Shown one piece after another: positions 1 through 10,989 of a stretch of 64,000 bases of DNA. This DNA is from the human T2T-CHM13v2.0 reference genome, Homo sapiens. The stretch lies in assembly GCF_009914755.1 (NCBI RefSeq), contig NC_060943.1; one strand, written 5' to 3'. The notes below the pieces were generated by a model, which saw only the letters and a list, made by a program, of their open reading frames with translations, was not told the origin of the DNA and ran no database searches. How positions within the stretch are numbered: position 1 is the first letter of the stretch; every line of letters begins with the position of its first letter. The position numbers and the translations under genes were made by a program.

Positions 1-2405
1 GGTCTGCGTGACAACCTGAGGGTGGGCCCGCTGTCATCTCATCCCTCTGACAGCTGGGGACACTGAGGCCAGGGAAGGGGTGGCTCACACTCTAGACTTT
101 TTCCCCCCCAGGCCTGTGGGGAGCAGGATACTAGGTGAAACTGACAGGGAGGATGCGTCCCTGCGAGGTTCTGGGTGTGAGGCTCAGTGCCCGACCTTGG
201 GGTAGCCAGGATGAAGCGTGGGGTGGGATAAGCCAGACTGAGGAGGGGCTCGTGGGCCCCAGGAAGGAGCTGGGATTTCCCCGTGGAGGCTCCTTGGGCG
301 AGCGAGTTGGGTGATCAGATTGGCAGCGTCTGGATATTTCACGGCTTGATGGTGGCATGAGCGGGAAGCAGGAGAGAGGAGGGCCAGATGGCAGGGCTGG
401 GGGGACTGGGCAAGGTGCAGGAGCAGATAAATGCAAGGAACCTGGTTGGGAGGCAGATGTGGCAGTGAGGGGGATGCGGGGCCCTGGAGGCCTCCCTCTA
501 GCTGGCCTCAGGACCCAGATGGGGGACAGGCGGAGTGTCAGTATCAAGAAAAGATGTCCCTGGGAGGAAGGGCTGAGTCTTGACTTCTTAAAGAGGCACT
601 GCCCAGCTAAACACTTGGGGGTCTGATGAGTCTCCAGGTCGGACTCCCTCCCCGCCATTGTGTCACTGCCAGGGGCACAGATAAGCATCCCCCCCGCCCC
701 AGTTTGGGGAATTTTCCAACACCTCATGGGGAGAAAAACAAGGAAAAACCAACAAGTGCAGGTGGAAATTATTCCATGGTGCTGCTGACAACAGTGGGAG
801 GGAGACAGTGCAGCTGACGGGGACCTCACCCTCCACCAGCCTTGAGGACAGGGTGGGTGGGAGCTGACAGTAATGTTCGCCTGGATCCAAATCAAAGCCT
901 GGAACGACCAAGTAACCGGCCTGCTGGGTCTGAACCACAGCCCTCTGGCCGCCTTTGGCCCCACTGAGCCCCCGTGTCACAGTGTCACTGAAGCGCCTTC
1001 CCTTGACGGGTCTGTGTTTCCAAATGAAAGGTGTCAGCAGGAAAGTTCCTGGTGCCTTCAGAGTCGACCGGTTCAAGGCCAGCTCACGAATCCACTGTGG
1101 AGACTTGCATTGGTGAGGTCTGTATGCACTTAGGAGGCACGCTGGGCTGTGAGGCCTGGGAGAGCTCTCCTGAAAGGGGACTCCGCAGCTCCCTCTGTGT
1201 CTGCTGTCTTAGCCCTGGACGGGGCCACCTTCTAGTTCTCGTATCTGGGTGGGTCACACGGGCCAGAATCTGGATGTCTGTGGCCGATGCAAAACCAATA
1301 GTGGCTGGGAAACACACTGGCTCTGATTTCTGCTTCCCTCTGGCATTACCATGGAACCGAGACACCGTAGGGGCATGACACCACCCTAGCCGAGGCCTGC
1401 CCACTCAGGATGGGGTTCATTTTCAGAAGCAAATAAGTGGTTCATTTCAGCAGCCTCTTGGAAATCCGCAGTTTAGACAGCTCGGCACGCTGGGCGATGG
1501 GATGGCCCCGGGAGGCGCCCGGCACCTGTCCTCACTGGCGCTCCAAGGTGTCTGATGGCACTTCCACCCCACCATGTGCAGGACATGCCTAGCCACTTCC
1601 CATTCATTCATTTACCGACAATGAAATTGTATCCAACTCCTTCAATAATTCGAAGCACGGCCTAGCTGATCTGGTATTTGCACTACTCTTAATGCGAACT
1701 TCCAAAAGAACCGTTCCGCTAACCTAGAAATGCCACTTCCTAATACACACATTTGCCTGAGACAGAAAGGCCTGCTTTTAAAGAAATACCAGAGAGGGAA
1801 GAGGTTTCCCGGGAACAGCCACACACGCAAATAACCCATTGATGGAAATTTGGGGTTTGTAAATTAGAGGGTTCTGGAGAGGCACCGCCGGGGCACCACC
1901 TCCACAAGTGAGGTGCGGGTGACCTGGGCCCCCCTGACTGCCAGCATGGACTGGGCTGCTCCTGCACAGGTAAAAACATGCCCTGAACAGCAGTCTCAGA
2001 ACGTCCACGCTGAAAGAGTCACGCTGCCAATCTGCCGGGCAGTCAGACAGCCCTCTTGGCATTTGCTCAGGGAAGTGGAATCATTCAAACCAGAGGAAGC
2101 AGCTGTGCCCTCTTCTAAGTTAGCACAAATAGTCAAGATCCAGTGAACCCAGAAACCACCAGCTGATCGGCTGAGCCCCCGAATGCCGTGAACATGGAGA
2201 GACGTCATCTTGAGTCCCCAGAGGAGAGCTGGTTATGGATGATTTTAGACAATGATACGACCCAAGGGGACAAACAAAAACAATTAAGGGTCCTGTCTTC
2301 ACTCAACCCATCCCTTCAGAGTGGCTGAAGTACACTATCTGATCATTTCCTCTGGAAAAAAACTGGGGTATTTGCAGTGGGAAAAGTGATTTTAAACAGA
2401 AAACA

Positions 2406-2735
2406 GGCCGGGCACAGGGGCTCATGCCTGTAATCCCAACACTTTGGGAGCCTGAGGCAGAAGGATCATTTGAGCCCAGAGTTCAAAGACCAGACTGGGT
2501 AGTAAAGTGAGACCTTGTCTCTATCAGAACATTTTAAAATTAGCCAGATGTGGTGGTGCGCGCCTGAGGTCCCAGCTACGTGGGAGGCTGAGGTGGGACG
2601 ATTGCTTGAGCCCAGGAGGTCAAGGCTGCAGTGAAGCTGTGACTGCACCACTGCATTCTAGCCTGGGCAACAGAGCGAGACTCATCTCCAAAAATGTAAA
2701 AACCAAAAACTTAGGGAAAAAAAAAACAAAAACAG
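2406..2735 (+). mobile_element. Alu (AluJ-like)
   Basis: Dimeric Alu with AGGTCAAGGCTGCAGTGA right arm, A-tail and AAACAGAAAACA TSD. Confidence 0.92.
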
Positions 2736-3306
2736 AAAACAACAGGGCTGCATCCAGGCCTGGGTGGAATTTGCTTTCCCACCAGGAGATGAGGGTGATA
2801 AAATGGCTGGCGCTATTTTAAAACTGAAGTTAACAATTGTTCTGGAACTACCAGAAATGCTAAGCCAAATGATACCTTGAAACCTTGGGTGTTTTTTTTT
2901 TTTTTATGCTTTTCGAAAAAACGAGCCCTTTGCGGGTTGGGGTCACAGGAAATAGAATTATGAATTTCAGAAAGAGAACAGTCATTTCTTCAAGCTGCCG
3001 TTCACCCCACTTACCTAACTCTTCCCTACCCAAGACAGAGTACCTGAGTCATGTGTGAAGAGTTCTGTTTTTTTTAAATCAGCGTTTAATATTTTTCCAC
3101 CAGAAAATAAATGAAGGGCTATTCAAGAAACTCTAGATAAAGCAGGTTTTGTTTCTGGCTTTTATTAACAATGTCACCATTTTGTATAGACCCCCAGTGC
3201 GCATCTAGGGTCAACAAAATCAAACTCACTGCCGTTGTAAAATATTTATAGGTCACCAAGAGCCAGAAACAGGTCAGGGTCTTGGGCGATTTAAATAAGC
3301 CACATG

Positions 3307-3590
3307 GGCCAGTCACGTGTAACCCCAGTACTTCAAGGTGGGAGGATCGCTTGAGGCCAGGAGTTCCAGACCAGCCCAGGCAACACAGCAAGACCCTACC
3401 TCTACAAAAAAAAAAAATTAAACATTAGCCTTGCGTGGTGTTGCACGCCTGTCGTCCCAGCTACTCAGGAGGCCAAGACAGGAGGATCGCTTGAGCCCAG
3501 GAATTCGAGGTTACAAGTGAGCTCTGATCGCGCCAATGCAGACCAGGCTGGGCAACACAGCGAGACCCTGTCACTAAAATAAATAAATTG
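3307..3590 (+). mobile_element. Alu (AluJ-like, small left-arm deletion)
   Basis: Left and right arm motifs, A-rich linker. Confidence 0.88.
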
Positions 3591-4421
3591 ACAAATAAGC
3601 CATAGGATAGCTGTGCACGGTAGAGATTATCAAGACGGCTCAGAAACAAATCGGGTGCTTTCTGTGCATTGACATGGCAGGGCTGTGTTCAAAGAGCCAT
3701 CCCAGGAGTCGAAGCATCTATAAATAACACGTCTCACACCTAATGATGAAGGAACTAACAAGCCCAAAGGAAGAAAGCGAGGGCATCACACATAGTGAAA
3801 CCAATTCTGGGAAGACAACACCTGAAGCTTTCAGAGAACAAGATTTTCATGTATCAAGGAAGCTGCTAAAAACTCCTTGAAGCGACCGCATGTTACAATC
3901 TGGAATATTTTTTCACACAGAGAAAAACAAAGCCAGGCTTTCGAAATCCCGAGATTTGCTTCCGAAAAGGCACTTAACTTTGCTCAACAGTTTTTTGGAG
4001 CTCTTTTTGTTTTGGCTTTCAGAGTGGCTGTTCTAGACTGGATTTCTTTTTTCATTGGAGCTGGTAACTGAAATTTAAAAGCTTTAAAAAAAAAAAAACT
4101 TCAAATTGCTCTTCCCTGGCGCGATCTGCCTGAAGTCCTTCAATTTGCACTTGTGGCACAAAATGCATGGGGCGGGACTGTGAGAACTTGTGCACAAAGG
4201 GCTTTTTGGGGACAGCAGAACCCTAATGTAACTTTCGCAATCTTCTTTTCATACTTCGGAAGTGTTTGACATCTTGGCTTCCAAAAACCAGTGAACACAA
4301 CAGCCTCGGTGCGTCAGAAATAATACAATGAATCTACCGTGAAGGACAGATAGGTCCCGCCTCCCTGCTGGAAGAAAACGTGCCCTTATGATAGAGCATC
4401 CAAACTGCGGCTCTTTTTTTT

Positions 4422-4427
4422 TTTATT
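4422..4427 (-). terminator. Candidate AATAAA poly(A) signal for the isoform ending ...FTSVS*
   Basis: AATAAA on the minus strand ~170 nt after the stop; it runs directly into a genomic A-tract, so apparent cleavage could be internal priming. Confidence 0.45.
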
Positions 4428-4597
4428 GAGAAACTGTTTTTCTTACAGAAGTGGCAGTGTAGAATAAATAACGCGAGGGACAGAGAGTGTGAGGTACCAA
4501 GAGGCTAAAGAAGCTGGGAGGTTTGCCTTTAAAAGGAGACAAAAATCCCAGGGAAGCTGCAAGCGGAAGGGAGTGGGGTGGCCCGGAGGCGGAGGAC

Positions 4598-4812
4598 TCA
4601 ACTTACAGAGGTGAAGTCTGCAAAGCCCGAGGCAGAGGCCTTAGAAGGTTTAGCTGCAGAGGAGGGGACAAATGGGTCTTTTCCACTAAACGGGTCCCCA
4701 AACCCCTTTTTACTTTGGAACGGGTCGCCGCTGTCAGCCCCGAGTGGCTGGAATGGATCGGGGGCCTCGGGAAAGTCTGCGGAACCAAGCTGGCTTACAG
4801 GTGTACTTTTAC
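4598..4812 (-). CDS. EPS15L1: EPS15L1 exon ~23: (G)[68 protein letters not shown], then VS* if the internal donor after 4607 is not used
   Basis: Long pyrimidine tract and TTCCAG acceptor; 4 DPF; GTAAGT at 4606-4601 followed by TGA at 4600-4598. Confidence 0.97.
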
Positions 4813-5334
4813 CTGGAAAGTTTAGGAGAAAAAAAAAAGGAGAAAGAAAGAAATATGAGTTACTCACCCGGACAGAGCAGAATGCTGGTGGGCACAAGCC
4901 CGGGGCGCTTCTCTGAGAAAAGCTTGTAACTTGGCTAACAGGCTGGACGGGGGTACCCTGGGGAATCCCAGTTTTAATCAGCTTTATCCCAGGGGCTTAA
5001 CGGGTTGTGAACAACACAGGAAAAACACTTCAGATGACTCCCATACACAACGCACACAGAGCAGCTAAAACTTGAGTTGTCCTAGAATAGTTTGCATGCA
5101 GGTACGTTTCAAACAGATTCATTTTAGCATGGCAACACATTTATTAACATACTAATTTAAAAAATCATGGCTGAGCAGAAAAATACACTGCAAGCTTCTA
5201 ACAGTAAAAAAAAAAAAAGGCAGAGGGGAGAGTTACTTGCAAATGAAAAGGAGGAATTAGTTTCACAACGTGGTATGGTTATTCGGTGTGTTAGTTATAA
5301 GGGTCTGCACACAGCTCTGCCATGCTGAGGTTTA

Positions 5335-5340
<6 letters not shown>

Positions 5341-5366
<26 letters not shown>

Positions 5367-5637
5367 TCAGAGACAGAGTCTTGCTCTGTCACCTGGGCTG
5401 AAATGCAGTGGTGCAATCATGGCTTATTGCGGCCTTGGCCTCCAGGGCTCAAGCGATCCTCCCACCTCAGCCTCCTACAGGCATGAGCCACCATGCGTGG
5501 CTAATTTTTGTATTTTTAGTAGAGATGGGATTTTGCCATGTTGCCCAGGCTAGCCTCAAACTCCTGCCCTCAAGTCATCTGCCCGCCTCAGCCTCCCAAA
5601 GTGCTGGGATTACAGGCATGAGCCACTGCACCTGGCC
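5341..5637 (-). mobile_element. Alu (AluJ-like) with long A-tail
   Basis: Reverse Alu; TTAAGTTCTTTT TSD on both sides. Confidence 0.9.
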
Positions 5638-8074
5638 TTAAGTTCTTTTTTAGCCCCCACTTCTGTCCCTCTGGTGTTGGTGGCTCCAAGGGGCAGCGTT
5701 TATCTGGGCCTTTCTGGGCTTCTGCCAAGCAGGGAACTCCAGGATGCCCGGTCCCAGCAAGGTATATCTTGACAGGGAGGTGAGAGAGAAGTGTTCAGAA
5801 ATGGAGGAAAATGACACTGTGTGGGGGACATGGCCTGAGGATGGTAGCTTTTCCCAGTGCATCCTGCCAATGTACCAGAACATTCCACCAAGAAGCAGAG
5901 GCCTGTTAAGATCTGCTTGGTGACGGGAGGTCCCACCTGACGGGCCTTCCAGCATCTGCAGTTTGCAGGCCAGCCGGGCTGACTCCATGCTCCTGACACC
6001 CCTCTATCTGCCCAACGGAGTCCCTGGGCATTCAACGTGGTCCACGCAGCACCCCAGACTGGAAGCTCAATAATATGCAACACGATTCCGGCGTGTTAAC
6101 TCTGGAAGTTTCGAAGCTAATGTTTAGAAAAAACCAGGAACTGCCTGTCCCTCCAGGGTTGACCTTGGATCTCTGGCTGCACCTCCAGAGAGCACCCTGG
6201 CTCCCAGCCACACCTGCCCCGCCCACCACCTGAGCCTGGGACACCTGCCTTCCTCATCCGGTAGAACGAGCCCACACAGGCCAGCCTCGGTCCCTCTCCA
6301 TGCCCAGATCTAAAGCCTTTCCCTCTGTTCCCCCAGCAGATCAGCCATCCCAGGCCTCATTTTTGAGGCCCCAGGTGTCCTTGTGGGCTCCGGGGCTACA
6401 GCCCCCATCTGCCACCTTTAGCTCTGGGCCTCGGCAAGGGAAAGTGCCTCCTCCCAGCTGGCCTCCGTTTCCTTATCTGTGAAGTGGAAATGAGAAGGAG
6501 GGCGCCAAACAAGGTGACATTCCTGGGGTCCAGGAGTCTCCTCCCACTCAGTGTCCTGCACCGCCGTGCCCAGCATAGGCCAGTGAGAACCTGGCCCGTA
6601 GCCCCCCCTTGCCTGTAGCCCTACTTCTGGAAATGGAAATTCACTTTTCTCTCAACCGGCAGTTCTGGGCCAGCATAAGGACTGCTGCTTTCTTTTTGCA
6701 TATTCAAGGAAAAACAGTCTTCCTTCCCACGGTTTGCACAGAAGGACTCGGAGACAAACTCCCCTGCAGCCCACCCTTGCGGCCTGCCTGTCCGCCTCTG
6801 CCCGTCCCACAGGGTTCCACCGGGGTCGCCGTTGCATCCTTAGCTGACCTCTGGCCACCAGCTGCGGGAGATCCTTCCAGACTCCTTGTCTGTGTGAGTC
6901 CATCTAAGAGGCTCCTCCTCAGGGTTGGAGGGCGAGCTGTCCTGGGCTCTATTAGGACTCACATGGATGAGAAAGAGGGGAGGTCGAGGCCTGGTATCAG
7001 TCTCCTCCTGTGGCCTCAAATCAATTCACTGTCAGACCCAAGGCCCAGTTAGCAGAGGGGGCCCTGCAATCTGGAAGGGGCCTATCTTTGCCAAAACTTG
7101 TGGGCAAGCCATGCTGGAGACCCTTCCCTAGAGGGGCAGTGCCCAGCCCACGCGGGCAGGACAGGAATGTGGCCCCTCTCCTTCCGACAGCGCCTGCCCT
7201 CTCAGGGCAGTCCCCACACCCGAGCTTTCTAGGTGTCTCCCTTTTTCTATCCCCAGATGTCCCTCCCACCTTCAGCTCTACTGCGGCCTCCTCCTACCCC
7301 GACCTCCCCGGGGCTGCAGAGAGCAGGGTGATCTGGCCCAGCCCGCAGACCCCGGGCTGGTTCCGCTGGCCTTGAGGAACTGCCTCACACCCCCACCTTG
7401 AGACAGCCTCCCATGCAGGGCCACTCCTGGTCCCAGGCATGAGCCAATGGTAAGCCAAGGCCTCGCTGCCAGGTCTCCCGGAGTTGCCCCGTTCCCTCTC
7501 CTAAGGGACGGGCAGGCAGCTCTGGCGGGCGGGGGTCAAGTGAGGCCTGCCCAGCCTCCTGTGAGCCCCAGGCTGTCCACTGGAGCAGAAGGGGCTCCCT
7601 AGGGCTCCTGAGCAGGATGGAGGGTGGGCGAGGGCCCCTCACCTCCACCCTCCCGTCCCTAGAAGCCTCATCTCCCTATCGGCCGCCCACCAGCTCGGCT
7701 CCCTTCCCTGTGAGCCAAACCCACCCAGCAAAGTGGCCTCAACACAGGTGGGCCCCAGCACCCTGCCCAGACTGCTTGAGGGCTTCTCCCGCTTGGGGAT
7801 GACACCCCAGTCTTGTCCAGGTGGCACCTCCTTCCCCAGGAACCCCCAAACCCAGGGCTTCTTTCCTGGCTATGCCTTGTCCCTCTGCCTGGAAGGCACT
7901 CCCAACTGGAATGCCATCACAGGCAGTGGCCTTCTCAGGGAAGAAATGGCAGCCCCTTCCCCATCATGCCTGTGTTCAGCTCTGCAGCCAAGCCCTGGGG
8001 CTGGGAGTGGCCCTGGAAGACGGTGTGGGGCATGGCGGCCACCCCCCTCAGCCTGTTTCTTAATCCAAACAAAG

Positions 8075-8400
8075 GGCTGTGTCCCCCCAACAATTGTTCA
8101 TACGTTCAAGTCCTAACCCCTGTGCCTTAGAATATAACCATACTTGAAGATAGCATATTTAAAGGGGTAACTGAGTTAAAACGAAGTCAAAGGATCAATG
8201 ACTGTCTTCACTGAAAGAACTTAGGACACAGATCTACACACAGAACAGCAATGTGAAGATGCACCAGGCCAAGGAGAGGTCTCAGAAGAAACCAACCCCA
8301 CTGGCGCCTTGATCTTGGACTTTGAGCCTCTAGAACTGCGGGACAATCCATGTCTGCTGTTTAGGCTGAGATAGAGCAAGTGTGAGCAGGGAGCCACCAA
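8075..8400 (+). mobile_element. MLT1-family (ERVL-MaLR) solo LTR remnant
   Basis: TGTGTCCCCCCAA..TTCATACGTTCAAGTCCTAACCCC start and CCTTGATCTTGGACTTTGAGCCTCTAGAACTG motif. Confidence 0.75.
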
Positions 8401-10321
8401 AGCCACCGGCAGGGGCACCCTGGGGGACAGTGTGACAGTGTCCTGCACCCCAGCCTGTGGGTTTGCAGGGGATAGGGACAGTGACCTCAGCCAGTCCCTC
8501 GAGCCCCTGCCTGCTTCTGCCCAGCTTCTCCCTCCACGGGAAAGCCCCCCCTCCCCCAGGGTCCCTCACCACTCTGCTTCCCGTGGCACTGGCCTCTGGC
8601 ACGGCTGAGGGTCAGCTCTGTGAAAAGCGGGCCCAGCATACCACAAATGCCAGCCAATACTGCCCCATGTCCCTGGTGCCCTCCAGCCCAGGGCTCGGCA
8701 CACAGTGGGCTTCAGGAGGTCCTGGTGAACCAGGTGCCACCTGTTACAGATTCCACGGGTCTCCAGGGACCTGGGGCCCTTTGGAGCAACACCCTGGGGA
8801 GCGAGAAGGGAATAAAGGCATCTGCCCTTCCTGGTTTGCAGGAAACAGCAATGTTACTGTGCATGCTTGGGTATTTGATTTTTCCTCGAATACCTATGTG
8901 ATATGGATCAAATAGCAAGATTCTAGCAGAGGAAACAGTTAAGTGTTTCCAGGGGAGAAGCTCAAAGTCCCAGGACACGGTGTAGCCCCCTGGGACGGGC
9001 AGCAAGTCCAGGGTGGACACTGCTTGATTTCTCGAAGCCGTTCCTGCAGGGAGTGATCACCTGAGGCAGATTTGCAAGAATGTGGAGGGAGGTGTAAAGG
9101 GAGGACGCCCCAGCCAGGCCCCCAAGAGCGACTGCCACGGTACAGAAGGTTCAAATAAATCAGTCATTTTTGAGCTGCTTTTCTTCTTCTTTTCAATGAA
9201 GATCTTCCTCCCTTGGTTTGGGGGGTTTAAAAAAAAGAAATTGGTTTTTGGGAGGAGCGGTTAAGAATTCTCCCTGCTACCATTTCAAGCTGAGGTTTCT
9301 GATGCGCAAAGAGATGTTCAGAGAGATGAAAAGCTTCGTTCACACCAAGAACTGCCTGTGCCTGGTTTTGCTCTGTTGCCGAAACCGTTGTTATTTAGAA
9401 ATCATGACTATGGTAATATGAAACCAGGGCACATCAACTGCTGGCCTCTTGTTTTCAGAAGGAACATCAACAACAACAACGGTTTTTTTCTCAGTTGTTA
9501 GTGTTTGTGCTTTGGTAAGAGAGGAGATTTTGGACCTGACACGTGTGAGGTCAGCCGAGTGCCCGGTCCAGCTCTCGACCTTGCTAATGACCAGACGCTT
9601 TGAGCAAAGAAAGCCCCCGGCATCACTGTAGGGCCACGGCCCTCAGCCCAAACTTCCCACTTTTGCTCAGCGATTTATTTTTAGCGGCTGTATTTTTCAA
9701 ACCTTCTAGGTCTAGTTCCTGCTTTTATGTAACCACTTCTGCTAACTCCTTAATCGTTTTTTCCGATTTTGTGAGGTATAGCTTATCTCAAACGTGACAA
9801 AGTAACTTTAATCTGCCTCCAGGCCCTGAAGCAAAAGCTGCCACGCGCACCCACGCCAGGGTTTTATACTTTTTTATGGCTCCAGAAAACATGAGTAAGG
9901 AGAGAGCTTTACTGACGCGCATTTCAGAAAAGGGGATGGAAATCATGAAAACAAAACCCAAAAAAGTGGGTATAGAAACATCTGGGAATGATGGCATCAA
10001 ACCAGGTGCCAGGCATCATCCTGGCACCTGGTTCGATGCCATCAATCCTAGATATTTGCAGCGGGAACTACCGGGGACCACAGCAGACGGCAGTGAATAA
10101 AGACAAATGAAATTAAAGACCCTCTTGGGTGTGCTGACTGCCTACCGCAGGGAGACTTCATTAACAGGGGGCAAGGGATACAAGACTGAAGAAAACACAA
10201 AATAGAACTTATTTTCAAACCACAGCAGTTTCAACAGTTACCCAAGCGGTGTACCGAAACCACACACAGGACTGACTTTAGCAAAAACAATATGAACCAA
10301 ATGGTTTACCACAGTATGTGC

Positions 10322-10357
<36 letters not shown>

Positions 10358-10794
10358 TGGTGGCCGGCTCCACCCTGATAGAAATTTCTTTAATTCTCCT
10401 ATTTCTCAAGCTTCTTCTCGAGGCTGCGCACGCCCCTAGCACCCGGGATCGGGGCTGTGATGGGGCTGGCTCTGCTGCACTAGCGTTCTTGGTCAGCAAA
10501 GTTTTTCAAGGTTCTGACTTTTCTATCTTGCTTTGCAGGAAGCCCTCCGCTTAAAAGCATCCTCAAGAGCTGGGTGCAAAGCAAAAAAAAAAAAAAAAAA
10601 AACCCAAAAAACAACAAACAAACAAAAAATTGAATAGAAATATACAATTGCAAACCATAAAAACGGTGAATGCTATAAAAACCTTGGAAAGGAAACTCTC
10701 TTGGTTTAAATTTTTTGCTTAGGAGGAGCATAAAAGGTTCAGGTGAGGTATGGTCTCAATCAATCCGATTAATAAAAATATTAGTAATAAACAT

Positions 10795-10836
10795 GAGAGT
10801 GAGAGAGAGAGAGAGAGTGTGTGTGTGTGTGTGTGT
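10795..10836. repeat. Compound (GA)n(GT)n microsatellite
   Basis: Seen directly. Confidence 0.9.
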
Positions 10837-10989
10837 TTGATCCTGGCTAGGTTCTGTTTATACAGTTCAGTTCAGTGCTGTACTTGGAAAATGCAGTTCT
10901 GCAGATGAGAGATACATACAAAAACAAAAAGAAAACAAAAAAATACAAAACAAGGGTTTGTGGTCAGGGAAGCTGCCCACCTTCGCTAT

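Noticed and set aside
131-964. 277-aa minus-strand ORF
   Set aside because: Non-ATG start, low-complexity Pro/Ser composition typical of GC-rich intron, no recognisable domain and not the EPS15L1 UIM exon.
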